Assembly: GCF_036321535.1 (NCBI RefSeq)
Contig: NC_087437.1
Location: forward strand, 42,658,001 to 42,722,000
Length of the DNA: 64,000 bases
Direction of reading: 5' to 3'
Source: Camelus dromedarius
Taxonomy: Eukaryota
In this document: one piece after another, positions 52,387 through 64,000 of the stretch
Layout: each line of letters begins with the position of its first letter
Numbering within the stretch: the stretch's first letter is position 1
Notes under the pieces: generated by a model
Seen by the model: only the letters and a program-made list of their open reading frames with translations
Database searches by the model: none
Told to the model about the DNA's origin: nothing
Translations under genes and position numbers: made by a program

Positions 52387-52695
52387 TTTCCTTCCTTTCT
52401 TTCTTTCTCTCTTTCTCCCTTTCTTTCTTTCCTTTTCTTTCTTTCTCTCTTTCTCCCTTTCTTTCTTTCTTTCTTTCTTTTTTCTTTCTTTCTTTCTTTC
52501 TCTCTCTCTTTCTTTCTTTCTCTCTCTCTCTTTCTTCCTTCCTTCCTTCCTCCGTCCTTCCTTCCTCCTTCCTTCCCTTCCTCCCTTCCCTTCCCTTCCC
52601 TTTCCTTCCCTTCCCTTCCCTTCCCTTCCCTTCCCTTTCCTTTCCCTTCCTTCCTCCATCTCTCCCCTCCCTCCCTCCTTTCTTTCTCTCTCTAT
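52387..52695. repeat. Compound polypyrimidine tract (TTTC)n-(CCTT)n-(CCCTT)n, about 300 bp
   Basis: Almost exclusively C/T on the + strand. Source of ORFs 52378..52659 and 52381..52848. Confidence 0.97.
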
Positions 52696-52990
52696 CTCAC
52701 TGGACTACCATTAGGGAAAAAGAAGGATAGGTACAATAGGCAGGAAAAGGGAGAGACAGGTCAGCATTTATTGAGCAGCCAGGTAAGGCAGTTTTACAGA
52801 CAAGAATCACTTAATTCCTGCAGTCATCCATTTTATAAACAGAGTTGATTAATTCTAGGAGCAGAGGGGGCTGGAACTTCTAGAAATAGAGAGAAGGACT
52901 AGATGGTACACAGGAATGAGAAGAAGAGATGATGCAGGTGTGATAGGGAGAAAAAAAGCACAGTTCTAGCCAAGATCATAGGGGTCTTTG

Positions 52991-53134
52991 TGGATCACTG
53001 TGGTAGCTCACAGAGAAAAAAAATGTGACAATGAATATATGTTCATGTATAACAGAAAAATTGTGCTCTACACTGGAATTTCACACAACATTGTAAAATG
53101 ACTATAACTCAATAAAAAAGTATATTAAAAAAAA
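52991..53134 (+). mobile_element. 5'-truncated young camelid-type L1 3' end with 19-bp TSD
   Basis: gtggtagctcacagagaaaaaaaatgtgacaatgaatatatg...acacaacattgtaaaatgactataactcaataaaaaa. TSD aagatcataggggtctttg (52972-52990) / aagatcatagggatctttg (53135-53153), one mismatch. Confidence 0.9.
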
Positions 53135-53704
53135 AAGATCATAGGGATCTTTGCCTGGGTCTGGTGAGGAGGGCTTCACTGGTGGCAGTTGAGGACCCTG
53201 CTGGGCCAAAGGTTGTCATGCCAGAACCACCAGGTCATGAGTCAGGGGAGTTTTTGATCTACTCCTTCATCCTCTTTGCTGAATAGCAGTAAAACTAAAA
53301 TTAATACTTTGAAGACATTTGATAATAATTGAGATTTTTATAGAATCCTTGGTCTTAATATATTACTGCAGATGTATTTCTTTTAAAATTATTTTCATGC
53401 CAATTAAATGTTTTTCGTTATCTCATTTTGTTTAAGTGGGGAAACCTGGGCTGTCTGGGAGGGCATGTTTTCTTTAGAAACGTTGGGATAACCATACTGA
53501 GACAAGTGAGCTATCAAACAATGATATGCTTTTGACAGGACATAGTTTTTGAGAACTTAAGAATTAAGAGAATTTAAAAAAACAGTAACCCACAAATCTA
53601 GTGCCCTATGACACATCACTTGATTTCACTCCCATGTTCTCTTTCGGTTATTTTGGACATTTATAGCAGCCTTAATTACTTTGGAGCAAACTCCTACGGA
53701 GCAG

Positions 53705-54127
53705 TATATAATTCAGCAATTGCCATGAAAACACTATAGAGCAAACCACCCCTAAACTCATTGGCATCTGCAATTATTTTTTGTCTGTACATCTGCAGGT
53801 TGGCTAAGGTTGGCCAAGATTGGCCAATCTAGGCTATGATCAGTGAGACTTGGCTCTAAGATGTTAGTCAATTCTAGGTTGACAAAGACTTGCAACAGAA
53901 GCAATCTGAGACGTGATCTTCTCATGGAAAAGGCAATAGTATAAGAGGACAGCTGGACAAAGCACATTTAAAGCCTTTGATCATTTCAGGTCCACTAAAA
54001 TCCCATTGGCCAAAGCAAGTCATATGGAGGTCAAGGGCTGAGACCAAGGCCAGGCTGTGGATGTATAACGCTATGACTGGGCGGGGATTGGGGTGAAGAA
54101 ATGGAACCAATAATTTAATCTACCACA
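53705..54127 (-). mobile_element. MaLR LTR (MLT1H-like)
   Basis: aaaccacccctaaactcattggc...tcccattggccaaagcaagtcatatgg...ccaataatttaatctaccaca. Confidence 0.75.
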
Positions 54128-54298
54128 AGCAGAGGAATAGGTTTATTTTTCTAAGGATCTCTTTTCTGGATTTCTCATCCACACACCCTCATGGAAAGGT
54201 GTGTCATGTGGGTTATGACACAAGATGAAACTCTGGGTCTCTACTGCCTCTGAGTCCTTCCTTTCCTTGCAGTACCACAGATTCCTTCAGGACAGAAA

Positions 54299-55003
54299 CA
54301 GTTCTGAAATTGTATGTTCCACAGAAAATTAAGGAGTTATTATGTCAAAAATGTTTCTCAGATCAAATAAGCTGGTGATAAGCTTAACTGCAGGGCTATT
54401 AAAACTACTTAACATACTAATGTATATTGCAAATGTCTAGGAGGAAGACACAGCATACCATATTTCACAAACTTATTTGACCACAGAATCCCCTTCCAGC
54501 AACAAACTCATTTTTTTTTTCCCTTTCTAAAAAAATTTATTTTTCATTGAAGTGTCATTGACTTACAATGTTAGTTTCAGGTGTACAGCAAAGCAATTCA
54601 GTTATACACCTACATATATACATATATTTTCTTTTCAGATTCTTTTCCATTATGAATTATTACAAGAAATTGAAAGCTCCTGTGCTATGCAGTAGGTCTT
54701 TGTTGTTTATCTATTTAATACATAGCAGTATCTGTTAATCCCAAACTCCTAATTTATCCCTCCTCTGCCCTTTCCTCTTTGGTAACTACTTTGTTTTCTA
54801 TGTCTGTGACTCTGTTTTTGGTTTGTCAATAGAATTTGTATCACTTTTTTTTTAGATTCCACATGTAAGTGATACCATATGATATTTGTCTTTCTCTGAC
54901 TTGCTTCACTTAATATGATAATCTCTCTTTTTTTTTTTTCTTTTTTCTTTTAAGAATATCTTGAGGGCCTAGAGTTTTGTGAAATTCATTTTGGGAAATG
55001 CTG
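54299..55003. mobile_element. MER112/MER113-like hAT-Charlie element split by an L1 insertion
   Basis: tcagatcaaataagctgg...ttaacatactaatgtatattgcaaatgtctaggagg...tttcacaaacttatttgaccacagaa, resuming after the L1 with ...cattttgggaaatgctg. Confidence 0.55.
54510..54927 (-). mobile_element. Young camelid/artiodactyl-type L1 3' end
   Basis: ttcattgaagtgtcattgacttacaatgttagtttcaggtgtacagc...ttagattccacatgtaagtgataccatatgatatttgtctttctctgacttgcttcacttaatatgataatctct. Confidence 0.9.
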
Positions 55004-55302
55004 TCCTAAGGCAACTTCCATCTTTCTTACTTCTTAGTTCCATGGGGCTGACATCTGGATAATACCCCAATTTTGAGATAAATGTTTCTAAACAAGAATT
55101 TTCAGAGAGGAAGAAGCAGGATTAGCATATATGATCAGAAGGCAATGTAATTGTATCATTGATATGAGCTAGTATACTCTATTTCAATTTGTATGTTACT
55201 CATGTCACTTTTAAGTTAGTCAAATCCAAGCATGCTTCATTGTCTTCCAAAATTCTCTTTTTAACATTTCAGAGATGTTTATGTGTATATTTAAAGTATA
55301 CT

Positions 55303-55565
55303 GGAGAGGGGGTGTGAAGGGGTGAATTGAAAGTTTGGAATTTGCAGATACTAACTACTATGTATTAAATAGATAAACAGCAAGGGCCTAATGTACAGCA
55401 CAGGGAACTATATTCAGTACCTTGTAATGGCCTATAATGAAAAAGAATATGAAAAGATATATATATTTGTATACCTGAATCACTATGCTGTACACCAGAA
55501 ATTAACACAACATTGTAAACTGACTATACTTCAAAAACTTTTTTTTAATGCTCAAACAAAAAACA
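55303..55565 (+). mobile_element. Young camelid/artiodactyl-type L1 3' end
   Basis: tttggaatttgcagatactaactact...tacagcacagggaactatattcagtaccttgtaat...gctgtacaccagaaattaacacaacattgtaaactgactatacttcaa. It is the reverse complement of the 33750-33970 copy. Confidence 0.9.
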
Positions 55566-56269
55566 TATAAAATATTCTAGAAATTAATGTTTGTGGATAC
55601 CAAGAGATTTTTTTTTTCTAGGCCCAGAAATAATGGAGTTCTGGGGTCATTTAATCCATACAGTTACTATCAGGTGTAAAATTCTGTCTAGTATAAATTT
55701 TTTGTTCAAACTAGCACTACCAATGGTTATTTTCTTTCTCACAGTACATACACTGATGTTATGCTTTGGAGAGTATAACACTTTTAAAAAACCACCCATG
55801 AGGCTAGGACAGTTTTAGCTCAGTACAAATATTTTTTACACCTAAAAATTTTATGAAATGTTATAAATCTGAAAAAAATCATTTTAAACAGCTGAGATTT
55901 TATAGCCACTCAGGGATAATAAAAAGTTTGAAGAATATATTATATTATGTAGATGAAGGGAGTGTATTAATCAATATTGTGACTTTTAAGAGTTTTCTCT
56001 TAAAAGTAGGATAGAGGAAAATTATTCACTAATCATTCAGGTGAAATGTCAGTATGTTTTTGCATAATCTCTTATCAATATATCCTAATGTTGAAAGATT
56101 ATGTGATGTAAGATGTTCTGGCTGTAGTGAACCCCAGGCCCTGAAACATAGCAGGGCAGTGCATAGTCCAAACTCTTCAGAACTTTTCAAGAGAATTTCT
56201 AAAGAGCAGCTGAACAGTTAATCCTGTATTACTAAAAATATTTGAATGGAGATTTGGAATTTATATAAT

Positions 56270-56450
56270 CCTTTTACACATTATCTTATTTTCTCTTCAC
56301 TGAAGCTCTAATAGGCGGGTCATGCAGCCACTGACTCTCATTTTGTGGGTAATAAAACTGAGAATCTGAGAAATCTAGTGACCTGCCCAAGGTCACACAG
56401 TTCATAAATAGCTGAGAAGGGAACTAAACGTAACTTCTGATTTCAAATTC
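56270..56450 (-). mobile_element. MIR SINE
   Basis: ctcattttgtgggtaataaaactgagaatctgagaaatctagtgacctgcccaaggtcacacag. Confidence 0.75.
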
Positions 56451-57324
56451 AGTTTTTCTCCTTATCTTTGTACATTTCTTTCTAAAATGTTTTGTTCACA
56501 AGGTTTGTTTTCTGATTTCAAGTGTACATAGTTCATATTATAAATTAGACTTCATCTCTCTCTCATGACTTTAGTTGTAAATAGTAGGAAGAGTGGGAGT
56601 TAAAAAAAAAGTATCATTTTCAAATTTAAATATTGTAGGGGAAAAGAGTCATAAAAGCAATGATAGGTGGATCTGAATTCCTGAAGGGGACTTTAAAGCA
56701 GTATTTATGGATCTGTGCAGAGAAAAGTAAGTTTTTATAGTACATGCAAGTCATTGCTCCATACAAGGATAAAACTTATTTAAATCACAACCAGTGAAGT
56801 TTCAGTGTAAAAGCAGGCATGCTGTTTCCCAGGGCTGGTGGTGAGACATAATAGAAAAGAGTACATTTGCTAGAGAACTAATCAGGATTTCAAGGGATGT
56901 GAAAACAGGTGATAACTTACTTTGATGTCTCTCAGTCCAAGTGCACAAGAAGGGAACAATTACTTTCCCTCTCACCAACTAATACCCTCGTATCAGAGTC
57001 TCCTAAAGGCTCTGTGAAAATGGTCTCCATTTCTGAAAGAAAGGGAAAGATTCACCCAGACAAATAGGAATTGAGTTTCTATATTGACCTTGCTTGGGAA
57101 ATAGAGGTTTAACATGAAGACATCACTTCCTATCTCCTGACTGCCTATACGCTGCTAACAGCAGGACCCCCAGGAGAAAATGAGGGAAAAAAATATTTCT
57201 ACCTCAATATTTCAGCTAGTCATATGTGAGGGGAGAAAATCCATGAGGAACTGTGATAATTATAACCTTCTATAGTGAATTATACTGTAACTTAAATTTG
57301 TTAATAGTATTTCTTATAGTAATA

Positions 57325-57555
57325 GATGAAATTATTTGACTAACATATGCCATGAATTGTGCTAAGCCCTTTAGTTGTATTACCTTATGAGGTAGATACA
57401 ATTTTATTTTCACTTTATTATTTTCATTTTACAGATAAATTCAGGCTTTGGCAGTTTAAATAACCTTCTCAAGGTGACAGAGCTATAGTAAACAACGTGG
57501 CCTGGATTTGAATGCACATAACTCAGAGTCCAGAGGGTATTCCCTTAACCAGTAC
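57325..57555 (-). mobile_element. MIR SINE
   Basis: atgccatgaattgtgctaag...ttcattttacagataaattcaggc...taaataaccttctcaaggtgacagagcta...ggatttgaatgc. Confidence 0.7.
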
Positions 57556-59222
57556 CTTTTAAATCTAATATTTAAATACTGGCTACCACAGTGCTGGTAC
57601 AATAGTACTGGGTCCCAGACAGGAAATGTATATATCTTTCTATAGGAATCTTGCCCTTGTCAGTCACGGCAAAGTTAAAAGAACAAATGTACTGAGCAAA
57701 AAAGAGTTAAAAGCATCATATTTTTAGGATGAGTAATTCTTTGGATAAAAACGTAACAGTTGTTTAAATATATTTTTTAGACTGAACCAACTAGAAACAT
57801 GCACTGATTCTGATTTTAGTTGTTGCTGTATCATATCCACTGTGGACTGTACCTGAGTGATTCTGACCATGTAAAATCATTTCAGCACTGAAAATAATAT
57901 TCAAAATAGCACAGACGCCAGATGACCAGAAAGGAGAGATGATATCAAGTATCTACTTTAACTCATCGACTTCCCAGTTGTCAGATTTGCACATTATCTT
58001 AGTCTCTTTTTACTGCCAAGAAGTGATATCAGAACAAGCCAGATGAATGAGAATTACTTTCCCCCTAATTAGTATTGTAGATCTTCCTTCAGGCTCCTTG
58101 TCAGCCTGGATGCCGTGTCATTTTCCAAAAACACCCATTGAGCATCTGCAGACTCTCCAGTGCTCAACCTTTCTGGCTATCTTTCACACTAGTCTTTGGT
58201 GATGACGAATAGGAGTGAATAGGTCTGAGGATGTGAAGAAGGAAATCTCCTTGCCTTTATTTTCCATCTATTATGGTTATATTAATTACAAGAACTTGGA
58301 AAGGTCTGCAGTACAAACTCATTTTGCAATTATTGCCTGCATGTGATACCTAAAAATGTCTATTGTTAATGTCACCCTGAAAATGTTTTAGACTGTTAAA
58401 GAATTTCTCTAGGTGCCCAAATTTATAAAATTACTGTCTGAAAATATGATACTGTCAAAAGATTGACAGTGAGCTGATACAGATAGGGCAGAGGTTCAGG
58501 TGCAATCCTCTGTATTTCTTGTGAGCTTGACAAGTCACAAATATCTTGTGTGCAGTCCTCATTATGACTTGAAATCACTTCCAGGTTCAGGGAGTGCATT
58601 GTTGACAGTATTATGGAGAACATAAAAAAGAAAAAAACATATCCATGATAAGCTCCTTATTTAAAAATAAGCAAAAAATTAAAAATTAATAGAACAATCT
58701 CCAGCCTCTTTCCCTAAAACAAAACCCCGTGATCATTGATAAAATGATCCTTTGTAGGGGGTTACAAAGCTTGGGTTTCTCACATTTCCTTTTCATGCAT
58801 TAAGGAAGAAAAAACAATGATATTATTATATCTTTTCCACATGAATTTACTTTATTTCTTCTTTGTATGATATTAGCCTGGCAACTTCATCTTTTATTTA
58901 CTTTTAAATAAAAGTCTTTCATCACTTAGCATTCAGAGTCAACAGAAATAATTGATACACAGCAATCAACCAGTTAGTACATATTGAAGCTGTAACTGCC
59001 AATCAATAACTCAAAAATCTCTCTCATTTTCTTCATTAACATACTACTAATCAATAAAGGAAACAGTTTTTCCACCTAGTGTATGAGTAGCAAAATATTA
59101 TCAATGTCCTGGGCCAAATTATTTCCAAAACGCTATTTTAATGGTTCTCAACTTTTGAAAATGGGGATTACTGGTGAGGATATATGTAAAGGAAAACAAG
59201 CCTGTTGGGATTAGAGCTGTAA

Positions 59223-59325
59223 TAGGGTTGCCAGACTTAGCATAAAAATACATGAGACCTAGTTACTATTGAATTTTATATAAACAAATGAATCATTGTT
59301 TCGTATAATTCTGCCTCATGTATTA
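59223..59325. mobile_element. MER53-like hAT MITE, one arm only
   Basis: tagggttgccagacttagcataaaaatacatgagacctagttactattgaattttatataaacaaatgaatc matches the recalled MER53 left arm. Confidence 0.7.
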
Positions 59326-61516
59326 TGTCTTCTGTACTATACCACACCCCACCCCACCCCACCATATCATGCATGCCATACCATATCCTAAAATATCAAC
59401 AGTGTTTATTGTTGAGTCATGAGATTATTTGCGATTTTACTTTTCTTCCTTTTCATTACTCAGTGTGTAAGGCTGTATGCAACCTGATTTTCTAGAACAG
59501 AAGTCTGGGGGTTGCGGGGACTGGACACAAGACTTGCATTTTGGCAGCACCCTAAGGTAGGAGATTCTCTAGCCCCAAGGCAGATCCTTTTACCAGGATC
59601 CACTGAAGTACTCTGCAGAAGGGAGGGGTCAGTCAAGAAATTCCTCAGAGGATCAGGTAGTTAGAGACTGGAAATAAGTCAAAGGCTGGAAAGATAGAAA
59701 TCAGGTGAGCGCACTGCAGAGCTGAACGAAGCCCTCTCCTTCCAGGAGGAGAAACTGAGAATGGGGTTCTCATGCTGCAACTACAAAATGCTAGGTGAAT
59801 CTGCCTCAGTGCCCTTCACTTGTCACTGGATTGTTCTCACCGAGACCTAGAGCTGTGGGTGCTGATGGGGTTGGAGAAGAAAGGAGGGATGTGGGTGATG
59901 GGAAGTGAGGCCCCGTGGAGACGTACAGGGGATTTTGTTATTTTTTGGAAATAGTATCTTGGGGATCACCTTTGTTATAAAAATAGAAGTTGATGAATAA
60001 TGGGAGAATCAGTTTAAGGCAATTTTTGATCTTGCCAAGAGTTTAAATTTAGGTGAACAGAGTGCCCCTAGACAAATTCTGAATGGATTCCCCGATTTAT
60101 GAACTTATAAAATGGTGCTGCAGGGATGATCAGAAGCACACGTCTTAAAGCCCTGCCTTCTATTTAAAGTAGGAGAGTTCTGCATAAATATGCTTGATGT
60201 CCAAAAACTTACCATGGGCCCTAAACTGTTGGGAAGAAAAGAATTATTATCTCTTACACAAGCTTAGAATGAGGTAATTTCTCTGCAAAGGTGCTTTGAG
60301 AGCAGGCAGCATCCCAGTTCTCATGTGTTCTATTATAAAATCTGGGAAGGGGCAGGGAAGCAACACCAAAACTGCAGCTTCCTAATGATGTCTTGTCTTT
60401 CCATTGGTCGTTGTTTAATAACAATCTTTTGTTAAATATCAAAAATCAAAAAGCTTATCTGGTAATTTCTAGCTTAGAAATACGAGAGAGAGAAAGGGAG
60501 AGAGGGAGAGAGAAAATGAATCTGCAAACACAGCAGCTAACAGATGCCTGGCAGTGACCAGGCAAACAACTTTAAAATAGACTTGTATTCTTACTCAAAT
60601 TAAAAATGCCACATGACTTGTTTCTATTCAATTAACTGCTTGCTCTTCGTAGTCAGCCAGGCCAGACTTCCACCACCACTCTTGTCCTGTGCCAAGTTCC
60701 TGATTATGTGTTAAGACTGGAGGGTATAAGGAATGCTATTTGCCTCCAGCTGATGCAGATTAATAACTGAGACACGGGAACCATTTGGGAGAATAATGAG
60801 TCGCTTCCTGGTCTAAACAGCAGCTCCAGGCGATGGTTGAGCAAACAAATACAAAATCATAAGGAGGAAAATGGAGGTTTCCATTGAATCTTGAAAGAGG
60901 AAAATTTGAAATAAATAGAAGTGTATTTTAAGGAGCAGGTAGTAATTTTGTGGAACTCATGCCTTCAAGAAGGGGTAGAGACCAGCCACATGGATGACAA
61001 ACCAGAAAAGGGTAAAGGACTTTGAAAAAGTGGCAGAGTAAATGACAACACAGTTCTTCTCACTTAAAACTGTTCATTCAACCACCAGAAAAGGGACAAG
61101 AAATTAACATCTGCCAAAATGAACTGGCCAGAAATTTAAGATCCATGTTAAATGAGTGATGGTTGCATTCTTATTTTCAGTTAAATTTAAAGGGAACACT
61201 GCTAGAACTTAACATTTCTATGTAATGTCAGTTTCATGTAGATAGCATTTATTATACTGACTGTGCTGTTATTCTAGAATATTAAGTGTTAATTTGAACA
61301 TGACTGTTTCTTGAATTCCATCAAATACATTTTTCACATTTTTTAAGACGAGCACATGACTTTTCCACCTTAGCCTATATATGTAGTGGTTACATAAGTG
61401 GAATATCCTGTGGCTGAGCCTACTCTGCTAAACTGTGATTTATTGTGAGAGGCCTCCTATGACACTGCCATATAAGTTTAGATCTTCCTGTTAGGTGTTC
61501 TTGTAGCACCTTGGAC

Positions 61517-62207
61517 CAGGCCTGCCCCAACATTTGCAAGGCCTGGGGCAAGAATACAAATGAAGGCCTGCATCCCATATGTCTAAATATTTTAAAACTG
61601 TAAATCAAGCTAACAAACCATTAAATAAAATGTGTTCCACCCTCCCACCTTGACAAATATATCCTCACAAGCACCTGGAAAACTAGGTTCCAATTAGACT
61701 TTTCAGAATCTTCAGAATTCTGAGTTAGAACATGATTTTGGGGAGAAGTGGCCTAAGCCCCTTCTTCTTAGTCTGTGGCCTCTTCCTTCCTGTCCCACTC
61801 TTGCCCCCAGCCAGAACTGCACAGGGCTGCTTCTGCCTGTGTGTGGACAACCCAGACCACACATTTCAAACCCTGTTACAACCCTCCCCAAGCATTATGT
61901 TTTGCGTGTCCATTAGTGGACACAGAAGCACAAGCTCCACATTCATCACGTCGACCTGGAGAAGTCTGCTCTGGCCCTAAGAGTGGGTTTGAACCATCTG
62001 AGCAGGGGATGCTGGCATCCCTGCTATCTAGAGAGAGGGTTGTGGGCTCCAGATGGGCATGTCCAGGATGCCCCACAGATGTCTGCTGTCTCTTTGTCTA
62101 GTGAAGAGGGTCACAGCTTGGGGAAGAGAGTGCCCACAGAGTGGGGTCCTCTGAAAACTGGGGCCAAGGCTAAGGACCCTTTTTGCCTGGATTTAAGGGT
62201 AATAGTG
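61517..62207 (+). mobile_element. MER115-like hAT-Tip100 DNA transposon, full length
   Basis: caggcctgccccaacatttgcaaggcctggggcaagaatacaaatgaaggcc...catatgtctaaatattttaaaactgtaaatcaagctaacaaac matches recalled MER115. 8-bp TSD ccttggac (61509-61516) / ccttgaaa (62208-62215). Confidence 0.85.
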
Positions 62208-62254
62208 CCTTGAAACATCCAATCATAAATAAACCACAGTGTATTCTTTCTTTA

Positions 62255-62375
62255 TTTCTTGCTAGACGTTAAACGCTATAAGGACAGGAATATGCCTTGT
62301 TAATTCTTGCATCATAGGCTCCTAGCATAGTGCCTGTCATCAGTTAGGTACTTATAAATATTTTTGGAAGGAAAC
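62255..62375 (+). mobile_element. L2 3' end
   Basis: gctagacgttaaacgctataaggacaggaatatgccttg...cctagcatagtgcctgtcatcagttaggtacttataaatattt. Confidence 0.7.
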
Positions 62376-63419
62376 AATGCCAATCATTTTAAAAAGGGAC
62401 TATACCTTTTAAAGTATATCTGTAAAATTTATAAAAATTATAATGTTTTAGGGCTTAATAAATAATTTTAATTAAAATTCAAAGGTTTATAGGCTTCAGC
62501 TTTTTTTACTGCATTGATATAAAACTGGAAATAAATAGCATGCATATAACCAAAACTCATACACACAGAAACTGAAACATCCTTTCAGATGGTAACAGAG
62601 AGAAGGGAATATTTTAAAATATGACTAGATAATTAGGAAAAAAATCTGTATCTATGCAATATTCCTAACAGCATTTTCTATAAGAAAGAAAACTGGAAAC
62701 ATTTGAAATCAGTGTTAATTGTGGAATGGTTATGGTATATCAAATTAATGAAGTACTGTAAGCCAATGAAATTATAATAATAAAAATTAATGATAATATA
62801 AAAAATATGTGCAATGGAATTTTAAGTGACAAAAGTGCAATGTAAAATGTATAGCATGTATTTACAGTAACAGTTATTTTCGTATACGAACAAGATACAG
62901 AAAAACAAAAATGACAGCAGCTGCAGCAGGGTGCTAGAACTGTGGTTCAAATTTTTCTTTTAAAAACAGTTTTAGGATATTATAACAAAACCTCTGCCCT
63001 AAACTAAAAATTAACTTAATTATACTAAATAAAACCACTTAGCTGTGAGTAGATGCTCAGTGCCAAAGTACATTTTTATAAGTTAAGAGACTTCTTTTAA
63101 TTAGTTTTTGTTTACTCTGCTCTATATGTTGATGTAACTTTATTTATTTAGAAAAGTAGATTAACTGAATTTTATACTCACACACACATGCTTATACACA
63201 GCTATATACATAAAATGGATATTTAAATGTAATTTATATGTTTTGATGTTTACCGAGATGAATTTAGAAACACTAGAGAAAGCCCAGAGGAAGGGGAATG
63301 TAACTTAAAATTGAAACTTCCCCTATGAAAGCTAAGGACTTCCAGCCTGGAGAAGAAAGACCCAGATTATTACTTCATACATGTCTTAGGTACAAAGCAC
63401 GCTCCTGTGGAGGAGACCA

Positions 63420-63620
63420 CATTCATTCATTCAGTCAGTCAACAACTGTTTCTTAAGAGCCTGCTGTTTTAGGAGCCTGTACTTGATGCTGGGGAAGCAG
63501 AGATAAATAGTACTGGACAGGCTAGTGACCGTGGAAGCTATTGTGATGTCCTGATGGGAGAGAGTATTACCAGAGGATGTCACATTCAGGAAGGCAGATT
63601 TCAGTGAACTCAGACTAAAT
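63420..63620 (-). mobile_element. L2 3' end fragment
   Basis: attcattcattcagtcagtcaacaactgtttcttaagagcctgctg...gatgctggggaagcagagataaatag. Confidence 0.65.
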
Positions 63621-64000
63621 GCTTCTCCTGGTCAGAGCTGTTGATGGAGACCACATCAGCTGTCCCCTGCAAATTTAGCTTAGCTATTGAAATGTTCTTG
63701 TCTGTGGAGGACTGAGGAAATTAATACCCGAAAGGAAGCTTCAGGAAAGAACTGGGAGGCAGAGGAGGCCACGGAGTTAACAGCTGAGATGGAGAGCGTG
63801 ATTGCCTGTATCAGTGACAGCCGTCAGGGAAGAGGAGGGGAGGGCCCATTAGTTTCTGCAGGAAGCGAGCCAGCGGAGGCTCTGAAGAGGGGAGGCTGGG
63901 AATTTAGGGGACCTTAAGAAATGGTGGTGGCAGTTTGTGTCAGGACGTGAAAGGCAAGGATGGGGAGCTGTCACTGTCGGGTATAGTGTAGTGAGCCTTG

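Noticed and set aside
52378..52848. ORFs of 93 and 155 aa (Arg/Lys/Glu-rich and Phe/Leu/Ser/Pro-rich)
   Set aside because: Translations of the simple-repeat tract, which lacks stop codons by composition.
1..64000. Prokaryote-type systems (CRISPR arrays, operons, defence islands) or an intact retroelement/transposase gene
   Set aside because: The sequence is mammalian intronic DNA. There are no regular repeat-spacer arrays, and no ORF is long enough to encode an intact RT, integrase or transposase.

Overview
AT-rich mammalian genomic DNA, most likely from a camelid (alpaca, llama or camel), judged by two Vic-1-type tRNA-derived SINEs and several young artiodactyl/camelid-type L1 3' ends. The whole window appears to lie inside the testis gene SPATA16 on the minus strand. 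Two coding exons are visible: 41808-41953 (146 nt, LCSKGAALGKPFEASSEDIASVASFIETKLVMCYLRMRKPDLALNHAHR) and 14566-14655 (90 nt, SIVLNPAYFRNHLRQATVFRCLERYSEAAR). They have canonical AG/GT boundaries and compatible phase, are separated by a 27,152-nt intron, and correspond to human exons 3 and 4 (TPR region). The rest is intronic and rich in transposon fossils (L1, L2, L3/CR1, MIR, MaLR/ERVL LTRs, hAT elements) and simple repeats. The remaining ORFs in the track look spurious or repeat-derived. I found no convincing novel biological system. The best leads are splice-site peculiarities of SPATA16, a compact composite L1-derived element, inverted young L1 ends, and a possible ancient LINE endonuclease fossil. 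Repeat family names come from recalled consensus sequences, not a search, and repeat boundaries are approximate unless TSDs or TIRs are given.
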